Source: Octopus sinensis
Lineage: Eukaryota
DNA: 64,000 nt
Direction of reading: 5' to 3'
NCBI RefSeq assembly: GCF_006345805.1
Contig: NC_043006.1
Location: 33,604,001 to 33,668,000 of the forward strand
A program made the translations under genes and the position numbers. The notes under the pieces were generated by a model. That model worked only from the letters and a program-made list of their open reading frames with translations, did not search any database and was not told the origin of the DNA. Positions 53,094 through 64,000 of the stretch are shown one piece after another; within the stretch, counting starts at the first letter, position 1, and every line of letters starts with the position of its first letter.

Positions 53094-53342
53094 TAGAGAT
53101 TCTCAACCATTTTTTTATACCTATGGACCCCTTCTGATTCCTAATTTATTTGGGCGGACCCTCATAGCTATTCGATGTTTAAAAAATCCTATTATATTTT
53201 TAGAATTAAATATTATTAGGAATTGTATTTAAAAAAGTTAAAATATTTTCTGTAAAACCAATTTATTGGGCATAAATTTTAACAACAAAATCTTGTGTGG
53301 ACCCCCAAGGGTCATATTAACGACCCTGGGTGAGAACTGCTG
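53094..53342. mobile_element. hAT-Charlie-type MITE
   Basis: Perfect 8-bp TSD ATCTAAAG (53086-53093 and 53343-53350); termini resemble CAGTGGTTCTCAAC. Confidence 0.8.
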
Positions 53343-54188
53343 ATCTAAAGCGTTGAAGCAGGACCATCTTGACTTTACGTACGATGTGTCCTTCCTTTTT
53401 TTAAGATGATACAGCGCGGATTGAAGGAGTCTGGTTCCTGTTTCTAGAGTAGAGGCACCGTCGCTGGCACGATTAGAGATTTCGTGAGTACTGTGGGATC
53501 GTTGAGTTAGAAAAATTGTTGACATTACAAAAAGAACAGGATTAAAAAGAAAAACTGTGACACAGAAAACGAGTGACTAAGAAAAATGGTAAAGATAAGA
53601 GTAAGTTAGCATTTAATACGTAGAGAGGAATGAGTGGAGCAAGAGTTAATATGAACAGCAAACTAAAGTGACGGAGTTAAAAAAAAAAGGTTACTAAAAA
53701 TGGAATGGAGTTTTAAAATCCTTACTTGCATAGGTGACTAAGCACTTTAAAACTTACAAATTGAAATGTTGACAAAATTTTAGTAGATACACATTTTTGA
53801 GTAACATATATACACACATGATGTATGTATATATGTACACATGATAAAAATAGATACATATATCATCGCGTGTTATAACTTGTTTGACATAATATTTTGG
53901 CAATGTGTCCCTGATTTTGAGATTGTCATGAGGTCGTCATTTAAACTAAGCTATTTTATGCCATTCTGTTATGTTCTGTACGTAAGAAAATAACATTTCT
54001 CTATTATGTAGCTGAGTAGATTGTGATTTTTAACTGAATGGTTATCAATCGATAGAAATTATAGACCTGTGGACAGTGCCGTCTTCAGTATGGGCACAAG
54101 GGGCTATTACCTGAGGGTTTAGAGGTCCAATTCTAATTTATGTATGTTGTGGATTGCTGTCAATAAATAAATACAAAAGGGTCTACGG

Positions 54189-54423
54189 AAGTGGTTCTCA
54201 ACCTGGGTCCATCTGATCCTTAGGGGTCTATATATAATTTTGTTGTTAAAATTTATCTGTAATATACAAAATATTTTAACAAGTTTCTTTTTATCCAATT
54301 CCTAATTATATTTAATCATTAAAAATATTATAGGATTTTTTTTTAAACATCGAGTGGTTATAAGGATCCATCCGAATAAAATGGAATGAAAAGAGTACTT
54401 TAAAAAATGGTTGAGGACCACTT
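54189..54423. mobile_element. hAT-Charlie-type MITE, same family as 53094-53342, opposite orientation
   Basis: TIR aagtggttctcaacc / ggttgaggaccactt; internal sequence is the reverse complement of the 53-kb copy. Confidence 0.75.
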
Positions 54424-56019
54424 ATCTAGAGCACAGGGACCTATAAATCCTAATGTGACGGTCCTGACTGTGGTATTAACCATTCAACGTGGTACCACAG
54501 AAATACACCTTGATCACATTCTCCGATTACGCGCGCGGTGGGAATAATTCCTAGCTCATCGTTTTTCAACGGATCTTCAAACGATGGCCATTCCCACAAA
54601 TCACATTTGGTGTTGTCTTCACGACGTTCTTGCAAAATATATAATTATTGTACAGCAGGAAATGGGGTCGTTGACAAAGAGGGTGTGAAAGCTAGAGATG
54701 GTTTGAAAGAGAAGTTGAGCAAAAGTAAGTGATGGTGTGAGCCAAAGTTGGTTCCAATGAAGCAAAAATATGGTGTGAGGGAGAAGAGAAAAAGTACAGC
54801 AGATTCAGCGAATGGGAAGAAAAAAAACAAGGGAGGTGTGACATGGAGACTTGGGTAAATTGAGAGAAAAGAGCAGAGCTAAAGAAGGAACGGTTAAACG
54901 AGATAGAAAGAGATGAATGAAGAAAAGAAAATATATGAAGAAACGATAAGAGTTAGTTAACAGGTGGTGGTGATGGTTTTATTCAGTTGTAAGCCCTGAT
55001 TCGAGCAGACCTGTGGTAAAAAGCGTCCCGACCGTGACTATCTCATTTTTTAAAACAATATACATAACACTCCATTATCCAAAGTGTCTTCTCATTTCTT
55101 TTGGCTGCTATTTCTAACAGATCGAACAGCCGACCATAGATTACTTCGTTGATTCGAGCAAAAGATAGAGTCTGAGAGAGAGAGGGGGGAAGGGAGAGTG
55201 GTTGAGAGAAAACGAGAGAGAGAGAGAAAGCGAGGCGGGGGGGGGCAGAGAATGAGTATCAGAGAAAATGACAAGTTTAAGAAAGATAGGATAGAAAAAC
55301 GAGAGAGAAGGTGAGGATTGAATTTGCAGAGAAGTCTTATCTACATCAAAATAACGTAAAGAGGGATACAGGCCATCACAGCACCGTCTCAATAAAGAGA
55401 ATGTTTTAACCTTTTTTTCACCGCGCCAGGCAAAATGCTTCGCGGTATTTCGTCCGTCTTTCTTTATGTTCTGAGTTCAAATTCCGCCGAGCTCTTTGCT
55501 TTTCATCCTCTCGAGATGGATAAAGTAACCAATTGAGCACTGAGGGCGACATAATCGACTTACCCACCTCCCCCGAAATTTCTGGCTTTGAGCCAAAATT
55601 TGAAAGCAATAATGGGGAAATTAGTTATTAAATATCGGATATATTTTTCTTGTTTATCCAGCACTGCTGGTGAATACATAGTGGGTTTTTTTTTTTTGCG
55701 TGTGTGTGTGTGTTTTACTTTCTACGTTTATATAGAACTGGAGTGAAAGTAGACCGAATAGTAAAATGAAAGAACCGAAATACCAAGAAAGAGAGAACGA
55801 GAGAAAGAAGAAAACTACGCGAGTTTGAAATAGCGAAATAAAAATAACCCATGACTATACATACATACGAGTGTAGAATAGAAAGAAAAAGCCTGTGTGA
55901 GGCTCATATATATATGTGTATGCGTGTGTATACATATGTATGTTTGCGTGTATATACATATGTATGTATGCGTGCATATACATATGTATGTATGCGTGCA
56001 TATACATATGTATGTATGC

Positions 56020-56054
<35 letters not shown>

Positions 56055-56148
56055 AACGTTTGTAAGGTGATACAGGTGGAGGGAAAGAAAGATGGGGTGA
56101 ATGTGTAATGCTGAATGAGTGTTAGGTAAGGTACTCAGTCGAACTTAC

Positions 56149-56250
56149 TGGTGATGATCCCCTTCCATAGCGCTGGAAATGTGGTGGTTCCTGTAAACAT
56201 CCACACAGAATATCGTGTACCTGAGACAAGCACTGGTTTAACTTCTTCAT
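56149..56250 (-). CDS. Candidate alternative first coding exon MKKLNQCLSQVHDILCGCLQEPPHFQRYGRGSSP
   Basis: ATG at 56250 (alternative ATG at 56265). Strong donor CCA|GTAAGT (GT 56148-56147) in phase 0, compatible with the 21288 acceptor. Non-repetitive sequence inside the CpG-retaining island. Confidence 0.5.
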
Positions 56251-57879
56251 CAGAACACTAAACATTAAGATTAAGAACCGACTTGCTCTGATAGTTCTTC
56301 CTTTTTGTGACTGTCCCTTCCTCTCTTGTCGTTTCTTTATCCTCACTTAATGAACTCCTAACTTTCTTTCACGTCCTTTATATATATCAATCCAGCTTCC
56401 CCCAATCTATCCTTCAAATCAGTTTGTTTTTTTTCTTCTCTTCTGTTCTTGTTGGGTTTTTTTTCCCTTTCAGTTTTATCCGTTTTCGTTTCTTTTCGTC
56501 TGTCTTTTTCTCTTTATTTGTTTGTCTTTCTTCATTTCTTCAATTTCACTTCGCCCGTCCCGTCTGTCTTTCTTCCTTCTTATCGCTTTTCTGATTTCTT
56601 TCCCATCGGTTTTCTTTCCATTTATACTTTTCCCTCCACTACCGTCCGTCTTGGCTGGTGACGATAATTACGCACGTTTGCGTGTGTGTAAAGAGAGAAA
56701 AAGCGATGACAATAGTAAAGTTGCTATGCTATGCTACGATATACACCATTTACTCATGTAGATCAATGAAATTAGTTGATATTACATTACAAAATATCGC
56801 CAGCAAAACACAGAGGTTAGATACAAGTGTGTAGTAATAAGGAGGCTTTTGTGCTTAGCTTTGGCATACGGTTGGTGTGGTATTAACTGTTGCTGGTGCT
56901 GCTGCCGCTCCCGTTTCTGGCTAATTGTTCGACACATGGAGATTTTGAGGTAAATATTTACAATTTCTGATGTTGTTGCAGAGCTTAAAACACGTGATGG
57001 GCGATGTTCAAGTGTTGACTACATAACTTTGTTCGTGTGTGTGTGTGTAAATTTATGTTAAATGTATATTCTTTTACCAGTTTCAGTTAGTGGGCTTGCG
57101 GCCAAGCTAGAGCACTGCTACAAATCGACTCCCGTAATTACTTCAGGTTGCTTCTTGTCTCATTGATCTTTATTTATCGAACTGCTAAGTTAGGGCATAA
57201 AAAGGCGGCAAAATTTCGATATAAGTACCATAGATCACGAAAAAGGGAACATAAACAATAGGATTAGCACTTGTCTCTTTGATCTCTATTTCTCGAACTA
57301 CTAAGTTACGGGACAATATAACGAGGATCATAGTCTTTCTACTCCCTCCCACTCTCTCTCTCTCTCTCTCATACACACACACGTATTAGATACGTATTTT
57401 CTGGGCGTTTAGTACACAGTCCCTGAATATAGTAAATTCACTCCAAATATAAAGTTTACCAAATGATATAATCATGGATCATAACGGGAAAATATTTCTA
57501 ACATTGCAATTAATTGTACCATAGGATATTAACAGTGGTGGATGGCTGGATAATAGGACGGTGAAACAAAAATGCATGAATATTGAAAATCCATTTTACT
57601 AAAAAAGTGTTTTGTTTTATGTCTGTTCTAGCAGTTTCATGACCATCAAGAGAAGGTATCGTCACCATGTTAGTAGTCACTCACGTGCGTGTGTGTGTGT
57701 GTATGCATGCATTTGCGTATGTATGTATGTATGTATGTATGTATGTGTGTGTGTATGTATATGCGTATGCATGCATATATATCTATGTATGTTTGTCTGT
57801 GTATCTCTCTTTCTCTCTCTATCTATCTTTATATACATATGTATCATCACTCTCCCTTTATATATCCCTGTCTGTCACT

Positions 57880-57919
<40 letters not shown>

Positions 57920-60159
57920 GTACGTATGTACACGCACACATATATCAGGGTGGCTGGTGGCATGTACATAAACAGTACAGACAGATACAGGTCTATCAAA
58001 TCCCATACAACAAATACTTGGTTCATTAAAATTATCTCCACCTTTAGACGATTAGTCACAATTACTAAGAGACAACTGAGACCAGCTGCATATGACAAAG
58101 GGAGTATTTCTCTAAGATCTTTTAGTCTAATTTATGCAAACTATCTAGATCATAAATGTATTTCGCTCTTTCCCTGTTTACGTTGAAGTTGCTACAGAAG
58201 ATGAGGTAGTACAACTGTTGTGCTGATGATGCCCACTAAGACAGAAACATGTGCCCCCCCCCCACTGTCATGCTATCTCCAAACTATAAGCTTTATCCTT
58301 TCCTTCATGGCGTTTAAACTTTGGAGAATTCTTGAGATTATCTCCCTTTCTCATATTGTGCTGGTTCCAAGTGCCATTTGGCAACTGACACATCCTTTAG
58401 AAGTGATGGGAATAACTAGAGAATTTTTTATAAATCTAGAATTTATGCAGTATGTATTCAATGTGTGTGTGTATGTGTGTGCATATAGTCATTATTAGTT
58501 TACTGTCTTGTGGTTTGGGTGTTGCAAATGATTGTGAGATTGTGATTTCAATTCTTGGACTTGGCAGTGTAATGAATTCTTGGACAAAACACTTCATTTC
58601 ACATTCTTCCTGTTCATTCAGCTGTAAAAGAGTGAACCTGAGACAGACTGGCGTCCCATTCAGGTAAAATGTTGTGATCTCAGGCACATATAAACTATGT
58701 TAACCAAGTAACTGGTCCTATGACACCTAGAATTTGAGACACTATTGTCCAGAGGTTGATGATGATGATGATGGTGATGATGTATATTGAAGTAAATTAA
58801 AAATTGTCCCTCAAGTAGAAGTTCAAGATGGAAATAAACTACAAGATAGAAGATTGTACCCCTCATCCTCCCGGTAACCTTAATTCCATCATTACACTTT
58901 GGACAGTAGTCAACATCTTTTAAGCACACAACCAGAAACATGGAGGTGCAGCAAATGATGCAGTACAAATTTGTCTCAAATGTCCTCTCAACGATTAGCC
59001 AGAGATGATTTTTAAAATGAGAATATTTGAAATAAACTTGAGTGCTCTCACAAACAAGAATACTAAAAATGAACTCAACCGCTCTCAAAAATTAAGTAAA
59101 AAATAGAAACAGGAAAAATAATCCAGAATCTTTGTCTGGTACAATCCCAAAATCTAATCTGTTTGAGCTAGTCATGAGGCCAAACATCCTTGAAAGTTTC
59201 ATCCAAATCCATCCAGCAGTTCTTGAGATATCTTGTCCATGGACAAACAAGCAAACAAACACAACTGAAAACAATACCTTTGCCTTTGCTAAGGTAATAA
59301 TAATGGTTTCAAATTTTGGCACAGGAATTTTGGGAGTGGGTACTAGTCAATTACATTACCCCCCAGTGTTTAACTGGTACTTAATTTATTGACCCATGGA
59401 AGGATGAAAGGCAAAGTTGACCTCTGCAGAATTTGAACCCAGAATGTGCAGACAGACAAAATACTATTAAGCATTTTGCCCTGCGTGCTAACAATTCTGC
59501 CAGCTTGCCACCTTAATAATAATATCTTTTATTGGCCACAAGGGACGAAGACATGGAGTACAATATTGAAGGATGAGTTACAGCACACACACACACACAC
59601 ACACAAAAACCATAATATTAACACTAGTTTATTTATTTATCCAAATCACCCCACCTACCTGCTAATCAAATATTTGCATGTATTACCTTACACTTCCGTT
59701 GATCTATTTTCCAAATAAATATCTTCTTTTCTTTTCCTCTTGACCTTGATATGATTGCCATCATCATCACCATTGCTTTGAGCGGTTAATTTTCATTTTT
59801 GTTTAATTTAATCCAAGCCTTTTCATTCCATATCATCACCAACATCATCATCATAATCATTAGCAGAAGCAGTATTTTTTCACGGATAATTTTATTTTCT
59901 GTTTAATTTAAATAAAACTTTCCTTTCTATATTATCAACAGCATCATCATTATTTTTGGCAGACAATTTTTCTTTTCTGTTTAATTTGGAAAAAAAAAGA
60001 AAAAAAAGAAAAAGTTCATTCCACCACCGCCTTCATCATCCAATCATCGTCATCATCATGATGAGGTTCTTCATAATTATCCAGGCCTCAGTTTTTTTCC
60101 ACCCAAATAATTTTCAGCTTATTTTTTGCATTCCTCTTGGTCTTATGTGCCTAGTCTCC

Positions 60160-60233
<74 letters not shown>

Positions 60234-60629
60234 GTAAATATATATATACATGTAAATATATATATATGTATGTATGTATATGTGTGTGTGTGTATTTATT
60301 TGTATATGTATGTATATATATATGTGTGTGCGTATATATATGTATGTGTGTATATATACATACATATATATGTATGTATATATATATAAGTGTATATATA
60401 TGCATGTATATATATATTTATGCATATGTGTATATGTATGTCTGTATATATATATATATATTATGTATATGTGTGTATATATATATATTTATGTATATGG
60501 GTATATGTATGTATATATATACATATATATGTATGTCTGTGTATATATATATATATGTGTGTGTATGTATATATATATTTATGTATGTGTATAAGTATAT
60601 ATATATATATATATATGTATGTCTGTATG

Positions 60630-60660
<31 letters not shown>

Positions 60661-60690
60661 AAATGTGTATAAATATATATACACACACAC
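60160..60690. repeat. (CT)n-(TA)n-(TATG)n compound microsatellite
   Basis: Seen directly. Confidence 0.9.
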
Positions 60691-61099
60691 ACACTTTTTC
60701 CAGATGAAATTTAATTTTTCATCTCTCCTCCACCTCTTTGCCCACCCTGAGCAATACGTTAAAACAATATCAACTGTTGCTGCTGCAGCAGCAAGAAGAA
60801 GAAGAAGAAGAACAACAACAACAACAACAACCACCAGAAAGTTTGATGATTAAATGCAGAGGTGCGTTATTCCGAAGAACTGGCTGTTGCAAACGTCTGT
60901 GTGTGTGTGAGTGAATGCTTTGTGTGAGTGTGTGCATATATGTGTGTGTTGTGTGTGTGTAACTGAAGATGGATGTTATGGAGCAGACATTGTCTGTAAT
61001 ATAACTAACTTAGCAGTTGATATACTTTCTCTGAGTTATTTTTCACAATTTATTTTAAAACTTTGATATACATGCATATTATGTATGTATGTATGTATG

Positions 61100-61113
61100 T
61101 AACTAGATAGAGT

Positions 61114-61183
<70 letters not shown>

Positions 61184-61184
61184 C

Positions 61185-61235
<51 letters not shown>

Positions 61236-61515
61236 TAGATGGATAGATAGACGGATAGATAGATAGATAGATAGGTAGGTAGATAGATAGATAGACAGAC
61301 AGAGTGAAAGATAGACAGAGAGATAGATAGATAGACAGAGTGAAAGATAGCTAGATAGATAGATAGATAAAATGAGTGAAAGATAGATAGATAGTTAAAC
61401 AGATAGACAGATAGATAGAGTGAAAGATAGATAGATGGATAGATAGATTAATTGATAGAATGACAGATAGATAGATAGACAGACAGACAGACAGGCAGAT
61501 GGATGGATGGATGGA
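61100..61515. repeat. (GATA)n/(GACA)n array
   Basis: Seen directly. Confidence 0.95.
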
Positions 61516-61749
61516 GAGGGTAAAGTAATGACTTGCAATATTTTGGAAGTCAAGTTGCATAGAAAAAGGAAAAGTGAAGTTGAGACAAAAATGCAGAAAG
61601 GAAAAGGAAAGAGAGAGGTGACTTGCAACTATTATAGAATGAGAGAGAGATGAAAGGAGGCAGTTGGAGAGTGTGTGTGGGAGTGAAAGTGGAGAACTTG
61701 CAACAAGTCTGACTCTGTTCTGCTTTAGAATCAGCTGAGAGAGAAAGGG

Positions 61750-61788
<39 letters not shown>

Positions 61789-61885
61789 GGGATATGAGTG
61801 GTCGGCTACATAGAAATATAGAGGGAGAGGGAGGAGTAATGGGAAAGAAAAGTAAAGAGAATCAAAGGATTGACACAGATTGATA

Positions 61886-62446
<561 letters not shown>

Positions 62447-62638
62447 ATAGGATATATAAAAAAAAAAGATAGATATATAGATACAGCAGTGATAAAAACA
62501 TACAGAAAAGCTAATGAGGGAGATAATAAAGGAAAGCACACACCACACACACACACATACATACATGCACACACAGAGAACATTGTTGTTCTGCTTTATC
62601 AGATGACTGTACCATCACAGCTCTAACCCTCAACTTCC

Positions 62639-62682
62639 CTTGTCTGATGATTGCCTGTGGTCATGAAACTCTGAGTAATGAG
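62639..62682 (+). ncRNA. Hammerhead ribozyme-like motif of a second family
   Basis: CUUGU-CUGAUGA-uugccugugguca-u-GAAA-CUC(u)GAGU-A-AUGAG. Intact core, GUA triplet, stem III ACUC/GAGU with a 1-nt loop, stem I 5 bp with two G-U pairs, imperfect stem II. Confidence 0.5.
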
Positions 62683-62934
62683 ATGCAGAATAACACAAAC
62701 TTCTGTACACAATATATTAACTGTACCCCAAATACTGAGTTGCTTTCAATTTATCCATAAGGTTGTTTACAAAGTAAGTCTCTCTTCTTATATTCCTGTG
62801 TGTCTGTGTGTGAGAACAAGACCTACACACGAAGAATAAAATACTAAGATATTTCTACTTGTAGGCTGTGCTATATTCTTTGTTTGGTGATCAGTTGTCA
62901 AAAAGTCCAGTTGGAACTGAAACAGAATCGACTC

Positions 62935-63208
62935 TACAGTTCTATATTTAAGAGATAAGGAATTATGTACGTTATTTACTTTTTGATGGATATTTGTCTT
63001 CATCTTGTTTGTTGTTAACACAACATTTCGGCTGATATACCCTCCAGCCTTCTTCAGGTGTCTTGAGGAAATTTCGAACCTGGATTCTCATTCCTAAGAT
63101 ATTTTTCAATGTTATTATTATTATTATAATTATTATTCAGGTCACTGATTGGAATCGAACTCGGAACCTTGTGGTTAGTAGCCCACACTTTTAACCACTA
63201 CGCCATAT
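62935..63208 (-). mobile_element. tRNA-headed SINE-like element with Penelope-type hammerhead tail (full-length copy)
   Basis: Head TGGCGTAGTGG (A box) ... GAGTTCGATTCC (B box), (AAT)n linker, HHR module, 3' tail ...cataattcct(t/c)atctcttaaatatagaactg. Confidence 0.75.
63017..63062 (-). ncRNA. Minimal type I hammerhead ribozyme motif (dimer-type), best-preserved copy of the HHR-SINE family
   Basis: GACAC-CUGAAGA-A-GGCUG(gagggtatat)CAGCC-GAAA-UGU-U-GUGUU. Stem I GACAC/GUGUU, 5-bp stem II, extra A after A9. Stem III AUGU (family consensus ACGU palindrome). Predicted cleavage after U at 63022. Confidence 0.65.
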
Positions 63209-63346
63209 GAGGATAAGTATCTGTCAAGCATAAAAAATAATGTAGAATCGACTCGGTTGATTAGTCACTGATGCTTTAACTAACGAAGGTTTACATAATG
63301 GATGCATTTCCTGTTAGATATTATACAAACCTGGAATGTGTTAAAT

Positions 63347-63604
63347 CAGTGGTTCCCAAACTTTTTCAGGCTGCCGCCCCCTTGACACCTGGGCCACATT
63401 CCTAGCGCCTCCATCCCAACTAATCATCACAAACATAGACCTCTTTTTGAAGCAAATTCAAAGCAACTGTATTTTTTCACAAATAAAACTTAACCTCATA
63501 AACTCATTATTTTGTTGTTTTTACATGAATCGCAACCCCATTATTTCCCCACTTTTCTTCAATGCCCCCAGGGGAAGCAATACCGCCCACTTTAGAAACC
63601 ACTG
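63347..63604. mobile_element. hAT-Charlie-type MITE
   Basis: TIR cagtggttcccaaa / tttagaaaccactg; 8-bp TSD tgttaaat / tgtttaat. A second copy starts at 63852 and runs off the window. Confidence 0.8.
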
Positions 63605-64000
63605 TGTTTAATGATTTCAAACTATCACTGTTTGATTTGACTTCATTATTACAACTACGTGTGTGTGTATGTATGTATGTATGTTATATACATACATACA
63701 TACATACACACACATACACGTTATTGGTGTTAGGAAGGACATCTAGCCATACAAACCATGCCAAAACTGACATTGGAGCCTGACAAGTTTCTGCGACACG
63801 TTGGACCCTGTTACACCGCCCAGCCCATGACAGCATGGAAAACGTATGTTTCAGCAGTTCCCAAACTTTTTCGGGTTGCCACCCTACTTGGCACCCAGGC
63901 CACATTCCTAGCGTCCCCCTCCCCAATACAAGTATATACCAATCTCTGTAGCAAATTCAAAACACCTGTATTTCACAAATAGAACTTAAGCCTAATTAAA

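Larger units (their letters stand above)
50700..57500. promoter_or_regulatory. CpG-retaining (probably germline-unmethylated) internal promoter domain
   Basis: CG dinucleotides are frequent here but depleted on both sides. Diverged SINE copies inside (55420-55605, 57060-57420) keep CpGs that most copies outside have lost to TG/CA. Confidence 0.55.

Noticed and set aside
63140-63208. tRNA-like sequences with A and B boxes (here and at other SINE heads)
   Set aside because: No complete cloverleaf or acceptor stem; they continue into SINE bodies, so they are not tRNA genes.

Overview
Eukaryotic, AT-rich, microsatellite- and SINE-saturated DNA. The repeat families and (TA/TACA/GATA)n density look like an octopus (coleoid cephalopod) genome; this is by recognition, not a database match. 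The window is almost entirely intronic sequence of a minus-strand gene for the long-N-terminus AMP-activated protein kinase gamma subunit (PRKAG2/SNF4Agamma-like). One unambiguous 525-nt phase-0/phase-0 coding exon lies at 20764-21288. It begins DLSAFAMPLL, matching human PRKAG2 DLSSFAMPLL. No CBS-domain exons are visible; they should lie left of the window. Several candidate alternative first exons end in phase 0 and could splice to this exon (56149-56250 and 22908-22952, plus a possible non-coding one near 50.5-51 kb). Those at 50.5-51 and 56 kb sit inside a ~7-kb CpG-retaining island. The rest is tRNA-derived SINEs, LINE and Tc1/mariner relics, hAT- and piggyBac-type MITEs, foldback hairpins and long microsatellites. 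Most notable: a six-copy tRNA-headed SINE-like family carries a Penelope-type minimal (dimer-dependent) hammerhead ribozyme near its 3' end, and at least four other hammerhead-like motifs from unrelated sequence contexts occur in the window. No CRISPR, rRNA or bona fide tRNA genes were found. Repeat boundaries are approximate unless TSD/TIR coordinates are given.
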